This document shows positions 1 through 8,791 of a stretch of 64,000 nucleotides of DNA, in pieces. Position numbers and translations under genes: made by a program. The stretch comes from a virus: the UHGV virus genome UHGV-0020019, one strand, 5' to 3'. The number at the start of each line of letters is the position of its first letter. Within the stretch, counting starts at the first letter, position 1. The notes under the pieces were generated by a model. That model was not told where the DNA came from, searched no databases, and saw nothing but the letters and a program-made list of their open reading frames with translations.

Positions 1-274
1 CATGTTGTAAAATATGTTTTATTAGTTATACATTTTTTAATGATTCAAGTGCAAAGGTACTTATTGAAAATTGAAAATATGGAATGTATTTGAGATTTAA
101 CTAAGAAACAATACTTAAAGTTTATTAATTAATTAGGTTTTTAAGGGATTTTCTACACAAGTTAAAGAAGAAAATTGTATATTTGCAGTACCTAAACCAA
201 CAATCATAAACCATTATAAAATAAGGTATTATAAGAATTGGTTAAAGTAAAACTTTAAACTAAATACAGATATT

Positions 275-487
275 ATGGTAGCAATAAAGAAGACAAGAAG
301 CAGTGAAGAACTGAGATGGCAAGCAGAGAGTGATGCTCAGACAATGGCTAGTTACCAGGAAATAATGGAAGATAAAGCCAGAATGAACAGAGCTATCAAG
401 GTAGCAAAGTCAAAGGCAGCAGACCTTACCAAGAGAGCAAGTGCTATGCAAAATGTAGCAAAAACAACATCATCTAAAAGAAAGTAA
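275..487 (+). CDS. hypothetical small basic protein (70 aa)
   Basis: Intact ORF with ATG start, first in a co-oriented block. Lys/Ala-rich helical composition. No recognisable motif. Confidence 0.35.
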   Translation: MVAIKKTRSSEELRWQAESDAQTMASYQEIMEDKARMNRAIKVAKSKAADLTKRASAMQNVAKTTSSKRK

Positions 488-490
488 GTC

Positions 491-673
491 ATGATGGGAA
501 AGAATACAAAACAAAAACTATTTATGGATTATATTCAAGCTCCTTCTTTGAGAGAATTACTTGCAATAGTAAATAAACTCAATAAAGATTTTCCTGACAA
601 TCCAATTCTAAAGGATGATATTGTTCAGATTATGAAGAATGGTGAGGATTATATTCTTCTATATTATAAATAA
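491..673 (+). CDS. hypothetical protein (60 aa)
   Basis: ORF starts 4 nt after the previous stop, suggesting translational coupling. Confidence 0.3.
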   Translation: MMGKNTKQKLFMDYIQAPSLRELLAIVNKLNKDFPDNPILKDDIVQIMKNGEDYILLYYK

Positions 674-700
674 GGTGTAAACTCTTTAATCCTGTAAGCT

Positions 701-1150
701 ATGTCTAAACAAAGTAAATTGAATGACTATGACTCTGAACCTGTAAATTATTGCACTAAGTGTTACTCACTAGGGATTAAATATGAAGAATCCATTGGTA
801 TGGATTGCTGTTCACAATGTGGTTGCACAGACTTCAAGACAGCAAGTTTCTTTGAGTGGGAGAAACTATATATGAAAAGGTATGGTCATAAGTATGTAGA
901 AAAGACGAATGATGTAAGGATGTCTCCAATCTTTCAGTTATCTATAGATAAGCTGAAAGCAAAGGTTTTTAATGATCCTAATTGGAGAGAGATTTGCACA
1001 GCAATGTATCCTACTTTCCCTAAATGGCTTAGTAAATTAGACTCAGTTATTCTGTTGTTTGCTAAGCTATATCAGGAAAATAGATTAGATGATTTGAAAA
1101 TAGAACTAATAAACAGAAATAAAACTAAAAGTTATGGAAGAGCAGAATAA
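701..1150 (+). CDS. Zn-ribbon-containing hypothetical protein (149 aa)
   Basis: N-terminal 'CTKC...(17)...CCSQCGC' pair of Cys clusters is typical of a zinc ribbon. Co-oriented in the early block. Confidence 0.4.
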   Translation: MSKQSKLNDYDSEPVNYCTKCYSLGIKYEESIGMDCCSQCGCTDFKTASFFEWEKLYMKRYGHKYVEKTNDVRMSPIFQLSIDKLKAKVFNDPNWREICTAMYPTFPKWLSKLDSVILLFAKLYQENRLDDLKIELINRNKTKSYGRAE

Positions 1151-1445
1151 AGCAAAGCAGATTAACATGAATGTGGGTGAAAACAAGTCAGAAAACAAGC
1201 AGCAAAAGTTTACTTATGAGCAGCTTAATGATGCATGTAATCAGTTATGGCAGCAGAATAAACAGCTTGTTGCAAGAAACAGAGAGTTAGAGGCTTTTGC
1301 TATGAATAAGAGGCTTGATTATCTTTTCAAGGTATTGGAACTTAGCAATCAGTTCTCTAGCGACTTTGTAGGAAACTGTGCTGCTGAGATAGAACAGACA
1401 ATGACTATTCCTCAGGATACAGAAGAACATAAGAAGGAGGATTAA
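1134..1445 (+). CDS. coiled-coil hypothetical protein (103 aa)
   Basis: Overlaps the upstream ORF by 17 nt. Heptad-like, Q/K/E-rich sequence. Confidence 0.35.
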   Translation: MEEQNKAKQINMNVGENKSENKQQKFTYEQLNDACNQLWQQNKQLVARNRELEAFAMNKRLDYLFKVLELSNQFSSDFVGNCAAEIEQTMTIPQDTEEHKKED

Positions 1446-1446
1446 C

Positions 1447-1884
1447 ATGGAGAATGATATCAACACTAGGGTGCAGGAAAGGTCTACACTTCCAAAGCCA
1501 AACAATATAGTGACTGTTCCTATATCTGTTGGTATTGATTTCTTCAGATGGTGGTGTATTTTCCTAAAGTCATTCATTAGTCTTACTCCTAGGGAATTAG
1601 ATGTAACTGCAAGTTTCCTCAAGCAGAGATGGGAACTTTCCAAGAGCATTGATGACCCAAGTATCCTTGATGAAATGGTAATGAGTGAATCTACAAAGAA
1701 GAAAGTTATTGATGAATGTGAAATCACCAAGCAACACTTTTATGTAGTAATGAGTAATCTCAGAAAGAACAAGGTTATCCTTAATGATAAGATAAACTCT
1801 CGTTTGATTCCTAATATCAGAAAAGATGATAATGGATGCTTCCAACTGTTGATACTATTTAAGGATAATAGGAAGAAAGCATGA
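1447..1884 (+). CDS. hypothetical protein (145 aa), possibly a DNA-binding small-terminase-like protein
   Basis: Starts 2 nt after the upstream stop. Helix-rich segments such as 'LTPRELDVTASFLKQRW' could form an HTH. A TerS role is suggested only by position upstream of TerL. Confidence 0.3.
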   Translation: MENDINTRVQERSTLPKPNNIVTVPISVGIDFFRWWCIFLKSFISLTPRELDVTASFLKQRWELSKSIDDPSILDEMVMSESTKKKVIDECEITKQHFYVVMSNLRKNKVILNDKINSRLIPNIRKDDNGCFQLLILFKDNRKKA

Positions 1885-2171
1885 CTTACGATGAGATTAT
1901 ATCCAAGGTAGCTGAAGAGCTAGGTCTCCCTGTAAGACTGGTAGATAGAACCTACAGAGCTTATTGGAGATCCATCAGAGAACATATTACTTCATTACCT
2001 CTGAAGGAAGACCTTACTGATGAAGAGTTTCTTAAGCTTCAACCTAATGTGAATATTCCTTCCATAGGTAAGCTTCATGTTACTCTTGACAGATATAAGA
2101 GAATGAAGAAAATGCAAGAAATTAAAAATCAATTAAAACAAGATAAAGATGTTACACATAACAGAAATTAA
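1881..2171 (+). CDS. HU/IHF-like (bacterial histone-like fold) protein, divergent
   Basis: The N-terminus 'MTYDEIISKVAEELGLPVRLVDRTYRAY..I' follows the HU consensus 'M.K.ELI..VAE..GLSKKDA..AV'. 'NIPSIGKLHV' resembles the HU 'IQLIGFGNFEV' strand. The DNA-binding arm 'R.G.NP.TGE' is not evident. Confidence 0.35.
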   Translation: MTYDEIISKVAEELGLPVRLVDRTYRAYWRSIREHITSLPLKEDLTDEEFLKLQPNVNIPSIGKLHVTLDRYKRMKKMQEIKNQLKQDKDVTHNRN

Positions 2172-2562
2172 GCCTACATATAATCACTTGTTGGTTACAG
2201 GTGATGCATTTGAGAAAGATATGATTCAAGGAGGAGTTATAGTTGCCAAGAAAGGAGATTTGAAGCTTTGGCAGAAGGTAGTAGCCATTGGTCCAAGTGT
2301 AAGAGATGTAAAAGTCGGAGATATGGTAATGATTATTCCTGACCACTTTGCCGTAAAGAAGTATAATAAGAACTCTGTACAAAATGATTTGGATAACAAC
2401 CCAATTCTTACCTACAACTTCCCCTTTGAGACTATAGATGATGAGAATGGTGACCCTCATGAATATCTTTATATCTCTGACCAAGATATTAGGTATGTTT
2501 TTAAGGGATATGAAAAGGAAGAATCTCTCATTGTTCCAGGAAAGAAGATGTTGATTGTTTAG
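2149..2562 (+). CDS. GroES-like co-chaperonin (Hsp10/Cpn10 family) with a C-terminal insertion
   Basis: Aligns with GroES by eye: 'IKPTYNHLLV' matches 'IRPLHDRVIV', 'MIQGGVIV' matches 'SAGGIVL', 'VVAIG' matches 'VLAVG', 'RDVKVGDMVMI' matches 'LDVKVGDIVIF', and 'YLYISDQDIRYVF' matches 'VLIMSESDILAIV'. An extra loop is present, as in phage co-chaperonins. Confidence 0.55.
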   Translation: MLHITEIKPTYNHLLVTGDAFEKDMIQGGVIVAKKGDLKLWQKVVAIGPSVRDVKVGDMVMIIPDHFAVKKYNKNSVQNDLDNNPILTYNFPFETIDDENGDPHEYLYISDQDIRYVFKGYEKEESLIVPGKKMLIV

Positions 2563-2605
2563 TTAGTTATATATTGTTTTTGTGTAGAAGTTAGTTATGG
2601 AGAGT

Positions 2606-2639
2606 AGCTCAAGTCTTTTTAGGCTTGGGCTATTTTTAT
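2606..2639 (+). terminator. rho-independent terminator-like hairpin after the GroES-like gene
   Basis: 'agctcaagtc' pairs with 'ggcttgggct' as a 10-bp stem with two G.U pairs and loop 'ttttta', followed by 'atttttat'. Confidence 0.35.
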
Positions 2640-2688
2640 GTTATCTTAGGAAAAATATTAGGTTATTGCCTACACCTTATTATATATA

Positions 2689-2696
2689 TACTTTTG
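2689..2696 (+). promoter_or_regulatory. Bacteroidetes-type -7 promoter element TAnnTTTG ('tacttttg') upstream of terL
   Basis: Exact TAnnTTTG 22 nt upstream of the ATG at 2718. A weak TTG/'TATTG' -33-like element lies ~20 nt further upstream. Confidence 0.4.
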
Positions 2697-2717
2697 CTGA
2701 AATAAGAGTAGAAGTAT

Positions 2718-4961
2718 ATGGAAAATGTAAAGTTTAATAAATGTCAGACACCCTTAGAGGATTTACATTTAGAGAAATATCCTTCAGAAGTAGTTGAGCA
2801 ATTCTGGGACTTCTTAAATAATGTTCCTTTTATCAGGTGGATGGTATCACCTGATAGACCATTAGTGTCAGAGTTACCTAGAGATAGTGAAGGTAGAGCA
2901 ATCATTGATATTACTCATCCTCCTATCCTTGAAGATAGTGATTATTTCAGACCTTCAGCATTAGCTTTCAAGAGAAATAAAGGCAGATACACTACTTTAA
3001 GACCAAATGCTAATCCAAATAGTGATTTTGGCAAATGGCTATATAGCCAGAGGGAAAGAGGATGGAATGGATATTGTAATCCTGCTACAGGTATGTGGGT
3101 AACAGGTGATTACTATTGGATGCTTAATTTCTGTCCTATGCACCTTGTAGAGAATGAGAATGGTATAGACATAAGAACTGTTGCCCATCCTAGATTTTGG
3201 GATGGTCAGTTCCTGATGTCTCATTACTTTCTGCAAGCTAGAGCACATGGTCATCATGCTGCTGAATTGGCTAGCCGTGGTAAAGGAAAAACATCTTTTG
3301 GTGGAGGACTTCTTGCCAAGAGATGTATCATAGGAGAGTCTGAGAATAATAAGACAGAAGTGCAGTGTATGGTTACTGCTGTAGATAGAACCAAGCTGAT
3401 GGATACCAATCAGATTCTTAGAGTATTCAAGGATAACCTGGATCACTGTGCTAAATATACTCAGTTTGCTTCTCATAGGCTAAAGTCTTCTGATCAGGAG
3501 ATGGAGTGGAAGATGGGATTTAAGAAAGCAGGTAGTGAAGTAGAATATGGCAGTAAAAATTCTGTATCAGGCATTATTACTGGTGTTAATCAGGATAAAT
3601 TGAATGGTTCCCGTGGAGTGCTATATCTTATTGAGGAAGCAGGTATCTTTAAGAATCTTACCAGTATGTATAACATGATTAGACCTTCAGTAGAGCATGG
3701 TAGTAAAGTCTTTGGAGAGATATTTGCCTATGGTACTGCTGGTGATGATCAGTCAGACTTTACAGCCTTTGCAGAAATGTTCTATTCCCCTGAAGGATAT
3801 AACTTAGAACCTTTGGAGAATGTCTTTGATAAGGAAGGTCAAGGAAAAAAGAAGTGTTGTTTTTTCTTTCCTGCATATCTTAACTATGATGAAAGCTGTA
3901 TAGATAAGAATGGTAACTCTGATGTAAGTAAAGCCTTGTTGATGATTCTTTATGATAGATACAAGGTAAAGTATGGTACAACAGATATTAATACTATAGT
4001 TAAACGTATCTCTCAGTATCCTATAGTTCCACAGGAGGCTATGCTCAGAAGTCATGGTAATATCTTCCCAGTGACAGAGCTTAATGAGAGATTGAATCAG
4101 CTGGATAATGACCCAAATGCCTTTGATGATGTATATGTCGGAGAGTTAGTGCAGGATAATAAGACAGGTGAAGTAAAGTTCAATCCAACTATTGACTTAC
4201 CTATCAGAGACTTCCCTACTAAAGATAACAAGGTTAAAGGTGCTCTTGAAATATTTGAAATGCCTAAGAAGAATGGTGAAGGTAAGATACCAGCTGGTAG
4301 ATATATCTGCTCTGCGGATCCTTATGATGCAGATTGTTCTAATACTATGTCTTTAGGTTCTATCTTTGTCATGGACTTATGGACAGATATGATAGTTGCA
4401 GAGTATACTGGAAGACCAACCTTTGCAGAGGATTTCTATGAGATATGTAGGAAACTATGTCTCTTTTATAACTGTAGATGTATGTATGAGCAAAATGTTA
4501 TGGGTATGTTCTCTTACTTCAGTTCTCATAATGCTACTCACTTATTGGCAGAAACTCCTGAATACCTTGTACAGAGAAACATGATTAGCAGCATTGGTTA
4601 TGGTAATAAGTCTGTAGGTATCCGAGCTACTACACCTATTATTAATGGAGCTTTCAAAATGATACAGACTTGGCTGAGAAAACCTATTGTCTCTATTGAA
4701 ACTGATGAAGATGGTAATAATAATGAAGTGACTATACCTAATCTATATAGAATTAAAAATAGAGCATTACTAAAGGAACTTGTACTGTGGAATCCTCAAG
4801 GTAACTTTGATAGGGTCATGAGTCTTGTACAGTTAATGCTCTATAGGGAAGAAAAGATGGTACTTTATCATGGTGACTTAAGACATACAGAAGAAGTAAG
4901 CTCTGGTATGGAGAAAGATGACTATTGGGATAAGAACTATCCAGGTAAGAAGAATAGATGA
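2718..4961 (+). CDS. terL: terminase large subunit (TerL), ATPase plus RNaseH-like nuclease
   Basis: Walker A 'AELASRGKGKTSFGGGLLA' at nt 3271-3297 resembles T4 gp17 'SRQLGKTT'. Walker B-like 'VLYLIEEAG' is present. The C-terminal nuclease motif 'RYICSADPYDADCSNTMSLGSIFVMD' follows the terminase 'D-P-A..D' pattern. At 747 aa it matches large crAss-like TerLs. Confidence 0.85.
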   Translation: MENVKFNKCQTPLEDLHLEKYPSEVVEQFWDFLNNVPFIRWMVSPDRPLVSELPRDSEGRAIIDITHPPILEDSDYFRPSALAFKRNKGRYTTLRPNANPNSDFGKWLYSQRERGWNGYCNPATGMWVTGDYYWMLNFCPMHLVENENGIDIRTVAHPRFWDGQFLMSHYFLQARAHGHHAAELASRGKGKTSFGGGLLAKRCIIGESENNKTEVQCMVTAVDRTKLMDTNQILRVFKDNLDHCAKYTQFASHRLKSSDQEMEWKMGFKKAGSEVEYGSKNSVSGIITGVNQDKLNGSRGVLYLIEEAGIFKNLTSMYNMIRPSVEHGSKVFGEIFAYGTAGDDQSDFTAFAEMFYSPEGYNLEPLENVFDKEGQGKKKCCFFFPAYLNYDESCIDKNGNSDVSKALLMILYDRYKVKYGTTDINTIVKRISQYPIVPQEAMLRSHGNIFPVTELNERLNQLDNDPNAFDDVYVGELVQDNKTGEVKFNPTIDLPIRDFPTKDNKVKGALEIFEMPKKNGEGKIPAGRYICSADPYDADCSNTMSLGSIFVMDLWTDMIVAEYTGRPTFAEDFYEICRKLCLFYNCRCMYEQNVMGMFSYFSSHNATHLLAETPEYLVQRNMISSIGYGNKSVGIRATTPIINGAFKMIQTWLRKPIVSIETDEDGNNNEVTIPNLYRIKNRALLKELVLWNPQGNFDRVMSLVQLMLYREEKMVLYHGDLRHTEEVSSGMEKDDYWDKNYPGKKNR

Positions 4962-4995
4962 ATAGCAGTAAAAAGTTACTACTTGTAAACTAAGG

Positions 4996-5021
4996 AAGGT
5001 GCTTATTTAAGTACCTTTTTT
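4996..5021 (+). terminator. terminator-like hairpin after terL
   Basis: 'aaggtgc' and 'gtacctt' form a 7-bp stem with one G.U pair around loop 'ttatttaa', followed by a 'ttttt' run. Confidence 0.35.
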
Positions 5022-5052
5022 AGCATATCTTAGTGTCTGTGTAAGATATATA

Positions 5053-5080
5053 TTTGATACTTAATATTTCTTTACTTTTG
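5053..5080 (+). promoter_or_regulatory. Bacteroidetes-type promoter: TTTG ... 'tacttttg' followed by 'caataaaag'
   Basis: TAnnTTTG at 5073-5080 with TTTG at 5053-5056. The same 'TTTGCAATAAA' extension recurs at 20751 and 42193. Confidence 0.4.
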
Positions 5081-5120
5081 CAATAAAAGAAGATTGTAGA
5101 ATTTAAAAGAGAAGAAAAGT

Positions 5121-6308
5121 ATGGAAGCATTGAGTTTTGATAATATCTTAGGTGAGCAGGAAATTGATACTCTCTTTACTGACCCTGAAGATAATGATGT
5201 TCAGGAAGAACATAAAGAAACAGAAGAGGAGGAAGTAGATCCTTCTGATTCTGAAACTAAAAAACAGAAAGAAAAAGATAATACTACTGAGGTTGTGGAT
5301 CCAGAAGATTTGTTTGAGGATAAAACACCAGAGAGCGTAGGTAGTGGTAAAGATAATGAAGGTAAGGTAGATACTGTCCCTGACAATGATGCAGATGGCA
5401 CTTCTCCAAATAACTTCTACTCTTCCATTGCCAATGCCTGTGCAGTGGATGGTATCTTCCCAAACCTTGATGATGAGACTATTAAGAAGGCTGTAGATGC
5501 AGAGTCTTTCAGTAATTTGATTGAGGCAGAGATTAATGCCCGCTTTGATGAAAAACAGAAGAGAATTTCCCAGGCTCTTGAGAATGGAGTAGAGCCTAAT
5601 GATATTAAGAAATATGAATCAACCCTTAACTATATCAATACCATTACTGATGCAGCCATTGCAGAGGAGAGTGATAAGGGAGAACAGTTGAGATATAATC
5701 TTATTTATCAAGACTTTATCAATAAGGGAATGACTCCTGATAAAGCTAAAAAGTTTACTGATAGGACAATAGATGCAGGTACAGATGTTGAGGATGCAAA
5801 GGAAGCCTTGCTCAGCAATAAGGAGTTTTTCACTGGAGCTTATAACAAGATGCTTCAAGAAGCTCAGCAAAAAGCTGATGAAGAGAAAGCTGAGAGAGAG
5901 AAGAATGCTAAGGAATTGGAGAAGTCTCTTATGAAGGATAAGCAGTTGTTTGGTGATATGGAGATTAGCAATGATATTCGTAAGAAGGCATTTGATTCTA
6001 TAGCAAAGCCTGTATATAAAGACCCTGAGACAGGTGATTATATGACTGCTATTCAGAAGTATGAATCTGAGCATAGAGCAGAGTTCCTTAAATATACAGG
6101 TCTCATTTTTGCAATGACCAATGGTTTTAAGGATTTTGATTCCTTTGCTAAAGGTAAGGTAAAAAAAGAAGTAAAGAAAGGTCTTAGAGAACTAGAACAA
6201 ACCCTAAACAATACTAGGAGAAACAACGATGGTAGCCTTAGAATGGTAACTACCCAGAAGGATGACCCTAACTCTTTTATTAGTAAGGGAATGAAGCTTG
6301 ATTTGTAA
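5121..6308 (+). CDS. acidic coiled-coil protein, probable scaffolding protein
   Basis: Extremely acidic N-terminus (DPEDNDVQEEHKETEEEEVDPSDSE), then long helical/coiled-coil sequence. It sits between TerL and the probable capsid gene. Confidence 0.4.
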   Translation: MEALSFDNILGEQEIDTLFTDPEDNDVQEEHKETEEEEVDPSDSETKKQKEKDNTTEVVDPEDLFEDKTPESVGSGKDNEGKVDTVPDNDADGTSPNNFYSSIANACAVDGIFPNLDDETIKKAVDAESFSNLIEAEINARFDEKQKRISQALENGVEPNDIKKYESTLNYINTITDAAIAEESDKGEQLRYNLIYQDFINKGMTPDKAKKFTDRTIDAGTDVEDAKEALLSNKEFFTGAYNKMLQEAQQKADEEKAEREKNAKELEKSLMKDKQLFGDMEISNDIRKKAFDSIAKPVYKDPETGDYMTAIQKYESEHRAEFLKYTGLIFAMTNGFKDFDSFAKGKVKKEVKKGLRELEQTLNNTRRNNDGSLRMVTTQKDDPNSFISKGMKLDL

Positions 6309-6359
6309 GACCATGTATAAGATAAGATTTGATTATAAATGTTTTAACTTTTTGATAAA

Positions 6360-7736
6360 ATGGCTGGAAAATTAAGTAAATTTCAGAAGCAGACTTTCAA
6401 CCATTGGATGGGTACATCCAAGAATAATCACCTTGGCAGTATCTTCCAGTTGCAGCCACAGAAGGCAACATCTCTGATGGTACAGCTGCTTGCTTGGTAT
6501 AAGGGTAAGACCCTTGATACATTCCTCTCACAGTTCCCTACCAAGACTTTTGACTCTGATGAAGAGTATACATGGGATATTATTGGCAGTGCTACCAGAA
6601 ACATTCCTTTGGTAGAAGCACGTGATGCTGATGGTAAGATTGTAGAAGCAGGTGGTGATAATGTAGGTGTGAACGGTGAGCCTTTCTATTTGATATTTGC
6701 TGAGGATTGGTTTGCTGATCAGGAGGTTATTGTTGGTGAACGTAATGAGGTTTATCCTATTAGGGTTCTTGCCAATGGTAGAAATGAAGGTACTAATACC
6801 TTGTATAAGGTAGAATTAATGGGTGGTATTACTGCTGGTATACCTGTAGATGAGTTGCTTCCTGGTAAGCGTTTCTCTGTAGAGTATGCTCCAGTAGAGA
6901 GGGAGTTCTCTCGTAAGGCAGGTGATATCCGTTTTGCTAGCCCTGTAGCTATGAGAAATGAGTTCTCTACCATTAGAATCCATCACAAGGTTTCTGGTGC
7001 AATGCTTGGCAAGAAGGTAGCCTTTGGTATTCCTGTAACACGTGAGACTAATGGTCGCTATGTTAAGGATACTGTAAACATGTGGATGCATGAGGTACAG
7101 TGGCAGCTGGAGCAGCAGTGGAATGATTACAAGAATAATGTTCTTGCATTTGGTCGCTCTAATAGAAATATGAATGGTGAGTACCTTAACATTGGTAAGT
7201 CTGGTGAGGTTATTCGTATGGGTGCTGGTCTCTATGAGCAGATGGAAGTATCTAATACTATGCCTTATAACACATTCTCCTTGAAGCTTATTGAGGATGC
7301 ACTCTATGAGTTGTCAGCAGCTAAGCTTGATATGAAGGACAGAACCTTTATCATTAAGACTGGTGAGCGTGGTGCAATTCAGTTCCATAAGGCTGTACTT
7401 GATACTGTAAGTGGCTGGTCTGCATTTACTATCAATGGTGATCAGATTAATGTAGTTAAGAAGACTCAGTCTCCTCTCCATGAGAATGCACTTTCAGCAG
7501 GCTTCCAGTTTACTGAGTTCCTTGCACCTAATGGTGTTAAGGTTAAAGTAGAGGTAGATGCTTACTATGATGATCCTGTAAGAAATAAGATTATGCACCC
7601 TAATGGTGGTCCTGCATTCTCTTATAGGTATGATATCTTTGATATTGGTACAATGGATCAACCTAACATCTTCAAGTGTGCTGTCAAGGGCATGGAAGGT
7701 GATATGACAAGTTATGAGTGGGGATTAGCGGCTTAA
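6360..7736 (+). CDS. probable major capsid protein (HK97-fold, 458 aa)
   Basis: Called by position directly after the scaffold-like gene. Codon usage looks high-expression (ggt/gct/ctt/cag rich). A strong hairpin terminator follows. No sequence-level proof. Confidence 0.45.
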   Translation: MAGKLSKFQKQTFNHWMGTSKNNHLGSIFQLQPQKATSLMVQLLAWYKGKTLDTFLSQFPTKTFDSDEEYTWDIIGSATRNIPLVEARDADGKIVEAGGDNVGVNGEPFYLIFAEDWFADQEVIVGERNEVYPIRVLANGRNEGTNTLYKVELMGGITAGIPVDELLPGKRFSVEYAPVEREFSRKAGDIRFASPVAMRNEFSTIRIHHKVSGAMLGKKVAFGIPVTRETNGRYVKDTVNMWMHEVQWQLEQQWNDYKNNVLAFGRSNRNMNGEYLNIGKSGEVIRMGAGLYEQMEVSNTMPYNTFSLKLIEDALYELSAAKLDMKDRTFIIKTGERGAIQFHKAVLDTVSGWSAFTINGDQINVVKKTQSPLHENALSAGFQFTEFLAPNGVKVKVEVDAYYDDPVRNKIMHPNGGPAFSYRYDIFDIGTMDQPNIFKCAVKGMEGDMTSYEWGLAA

Positions 7737-7810
7737 TAGCCTTTACACATTTCTCAGTTCCCACCCTTTTCTTAGGAACAGAAAAAGAATAAAAAACGAG
7801 GTTAATTGCT

Positions 7811-7838
7811 GGAAGTTCCTTAGAGCTTCCGATTATTT
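7811..7838 (+). terminator. terminator hairpin downstream of the probable capsid gene
   Basis: 'ggaagttc' pairs with 'gagcttcc' as an 8-bp stem with one G.U pair and tetraloop 'ctta', then 'gattatttac'. Confidence 0.45.
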
Positions 7839-7860
7839 ACAAGGTTTCAAACATTTAGAT

Positions 7861-8445
7861 ATGGAAATCAAAGAAGAATGGAAAAGCTTACCAGAGTACA
7901 TTGGAATAGAAGTAAGTACTTTAGGCAGAGTAAGAAAGAATACAAGAAAACATCATAGAGATGTAATTAGTGAGTTCTGTAAAGATAGAGATGGTTATTG
8001 TAGATGCACAGTTCAGAAGTTAGATGGAAAGAAGACATCTCAGCCAGTTCATAGGTTAGTAGCAAAGGCTTTTATAGAAAATCCTGAAAACAAGCCTTGT
8101 GTCAATCATATAGACAATGACAGAACAAACAATAGAGTAGATAACTTAGAATGGGTAACACCAAAGGAAAATGTATATCATTCATTTACCCATGGAGAAA
8201 GAAAGAAACTGAAAGATGTTCAGAGAACTACAGTCCTTACAGATTTTCAAGTTTCTCAGATAGCAAAACTAAGAGAACTCTATACAGTAAATCAAATCTC
8301 TAAGTTGTTTAATATTAAGTATTCAACATTAAAGAATATCATTCGCAGAGTAAATAATAGAAGATTGGATAACCAGCAGCCAAGCATATATCAAGATATA
8401 TATGAAGGTTCAACGACTATCCCTTTGGGAGTAAGGCTTAAGTAA
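7861..8445 (+). mobile_element. HNH homing endonuclease (NUMOD4 N-terminal domain, HNH_3 core, C-terminal HTH-like module)
   Basis: NUMOD4 signature 'EEWKSLPEYIGIEVSTLGRVRK'. HNH core 'HRLVAKAFIENPENKPCVNHIDNDRTNNRVDNLEWVTPKEN'. C-terminal 'VSQIAKLRELYTVNQISKLFNIKYSTLKNIIRR' is HTH-like. A free-standing gene wedged into the structural operon is typical of a homing endonuclease gene. Confidence 0.8.
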
Positions 8446-8791
8446 GCTTGAAATGCCTCGCCCAACTAATGTTGGTGAAGATATAGTCTGAACTCTTATG
8501 AAAGTAAGAGAGATTACATGGAAACGATGTAGTCGTAACATATAAATGTGAGAAATCCATTTACAGGTCAGATGGGCAACCCTAACATGAGTCATGATGA
8601 GGACTCAGCAACCATTCACAAGATGACTACCACTGGTGCATGTGTGCTTGACCCTACAAGGACAATGAGTTTGATTCCTGCAATTCTTGTAGGCTAAACT
8701 ATAAAAGCAGTAGTGAGGGAATGATAATTTCCCTCCTGCTTGCTTTAAAATATAATAAGGTAGAAGAACAAAAAAATAAGGAGAAGTTAAA
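8446..8791 (+). other. GC-elevated structured non-coding region next to the HNH gene
   Basis: At 346 bp it is the longest non-coding stretch in the operon, with about 39% GC against AT-rich surroundings. Several stem-loops are visible: 'tgagtc..gactca' near 8609, an 8-bp stem 'cctacaag' (8653-8660) with 'cttgtagg' (8686-8693), and a 7-bp stem 'gagggaa' (8715-8721) with 'ttccctc' (8729-8735). Confidence 0.3.
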
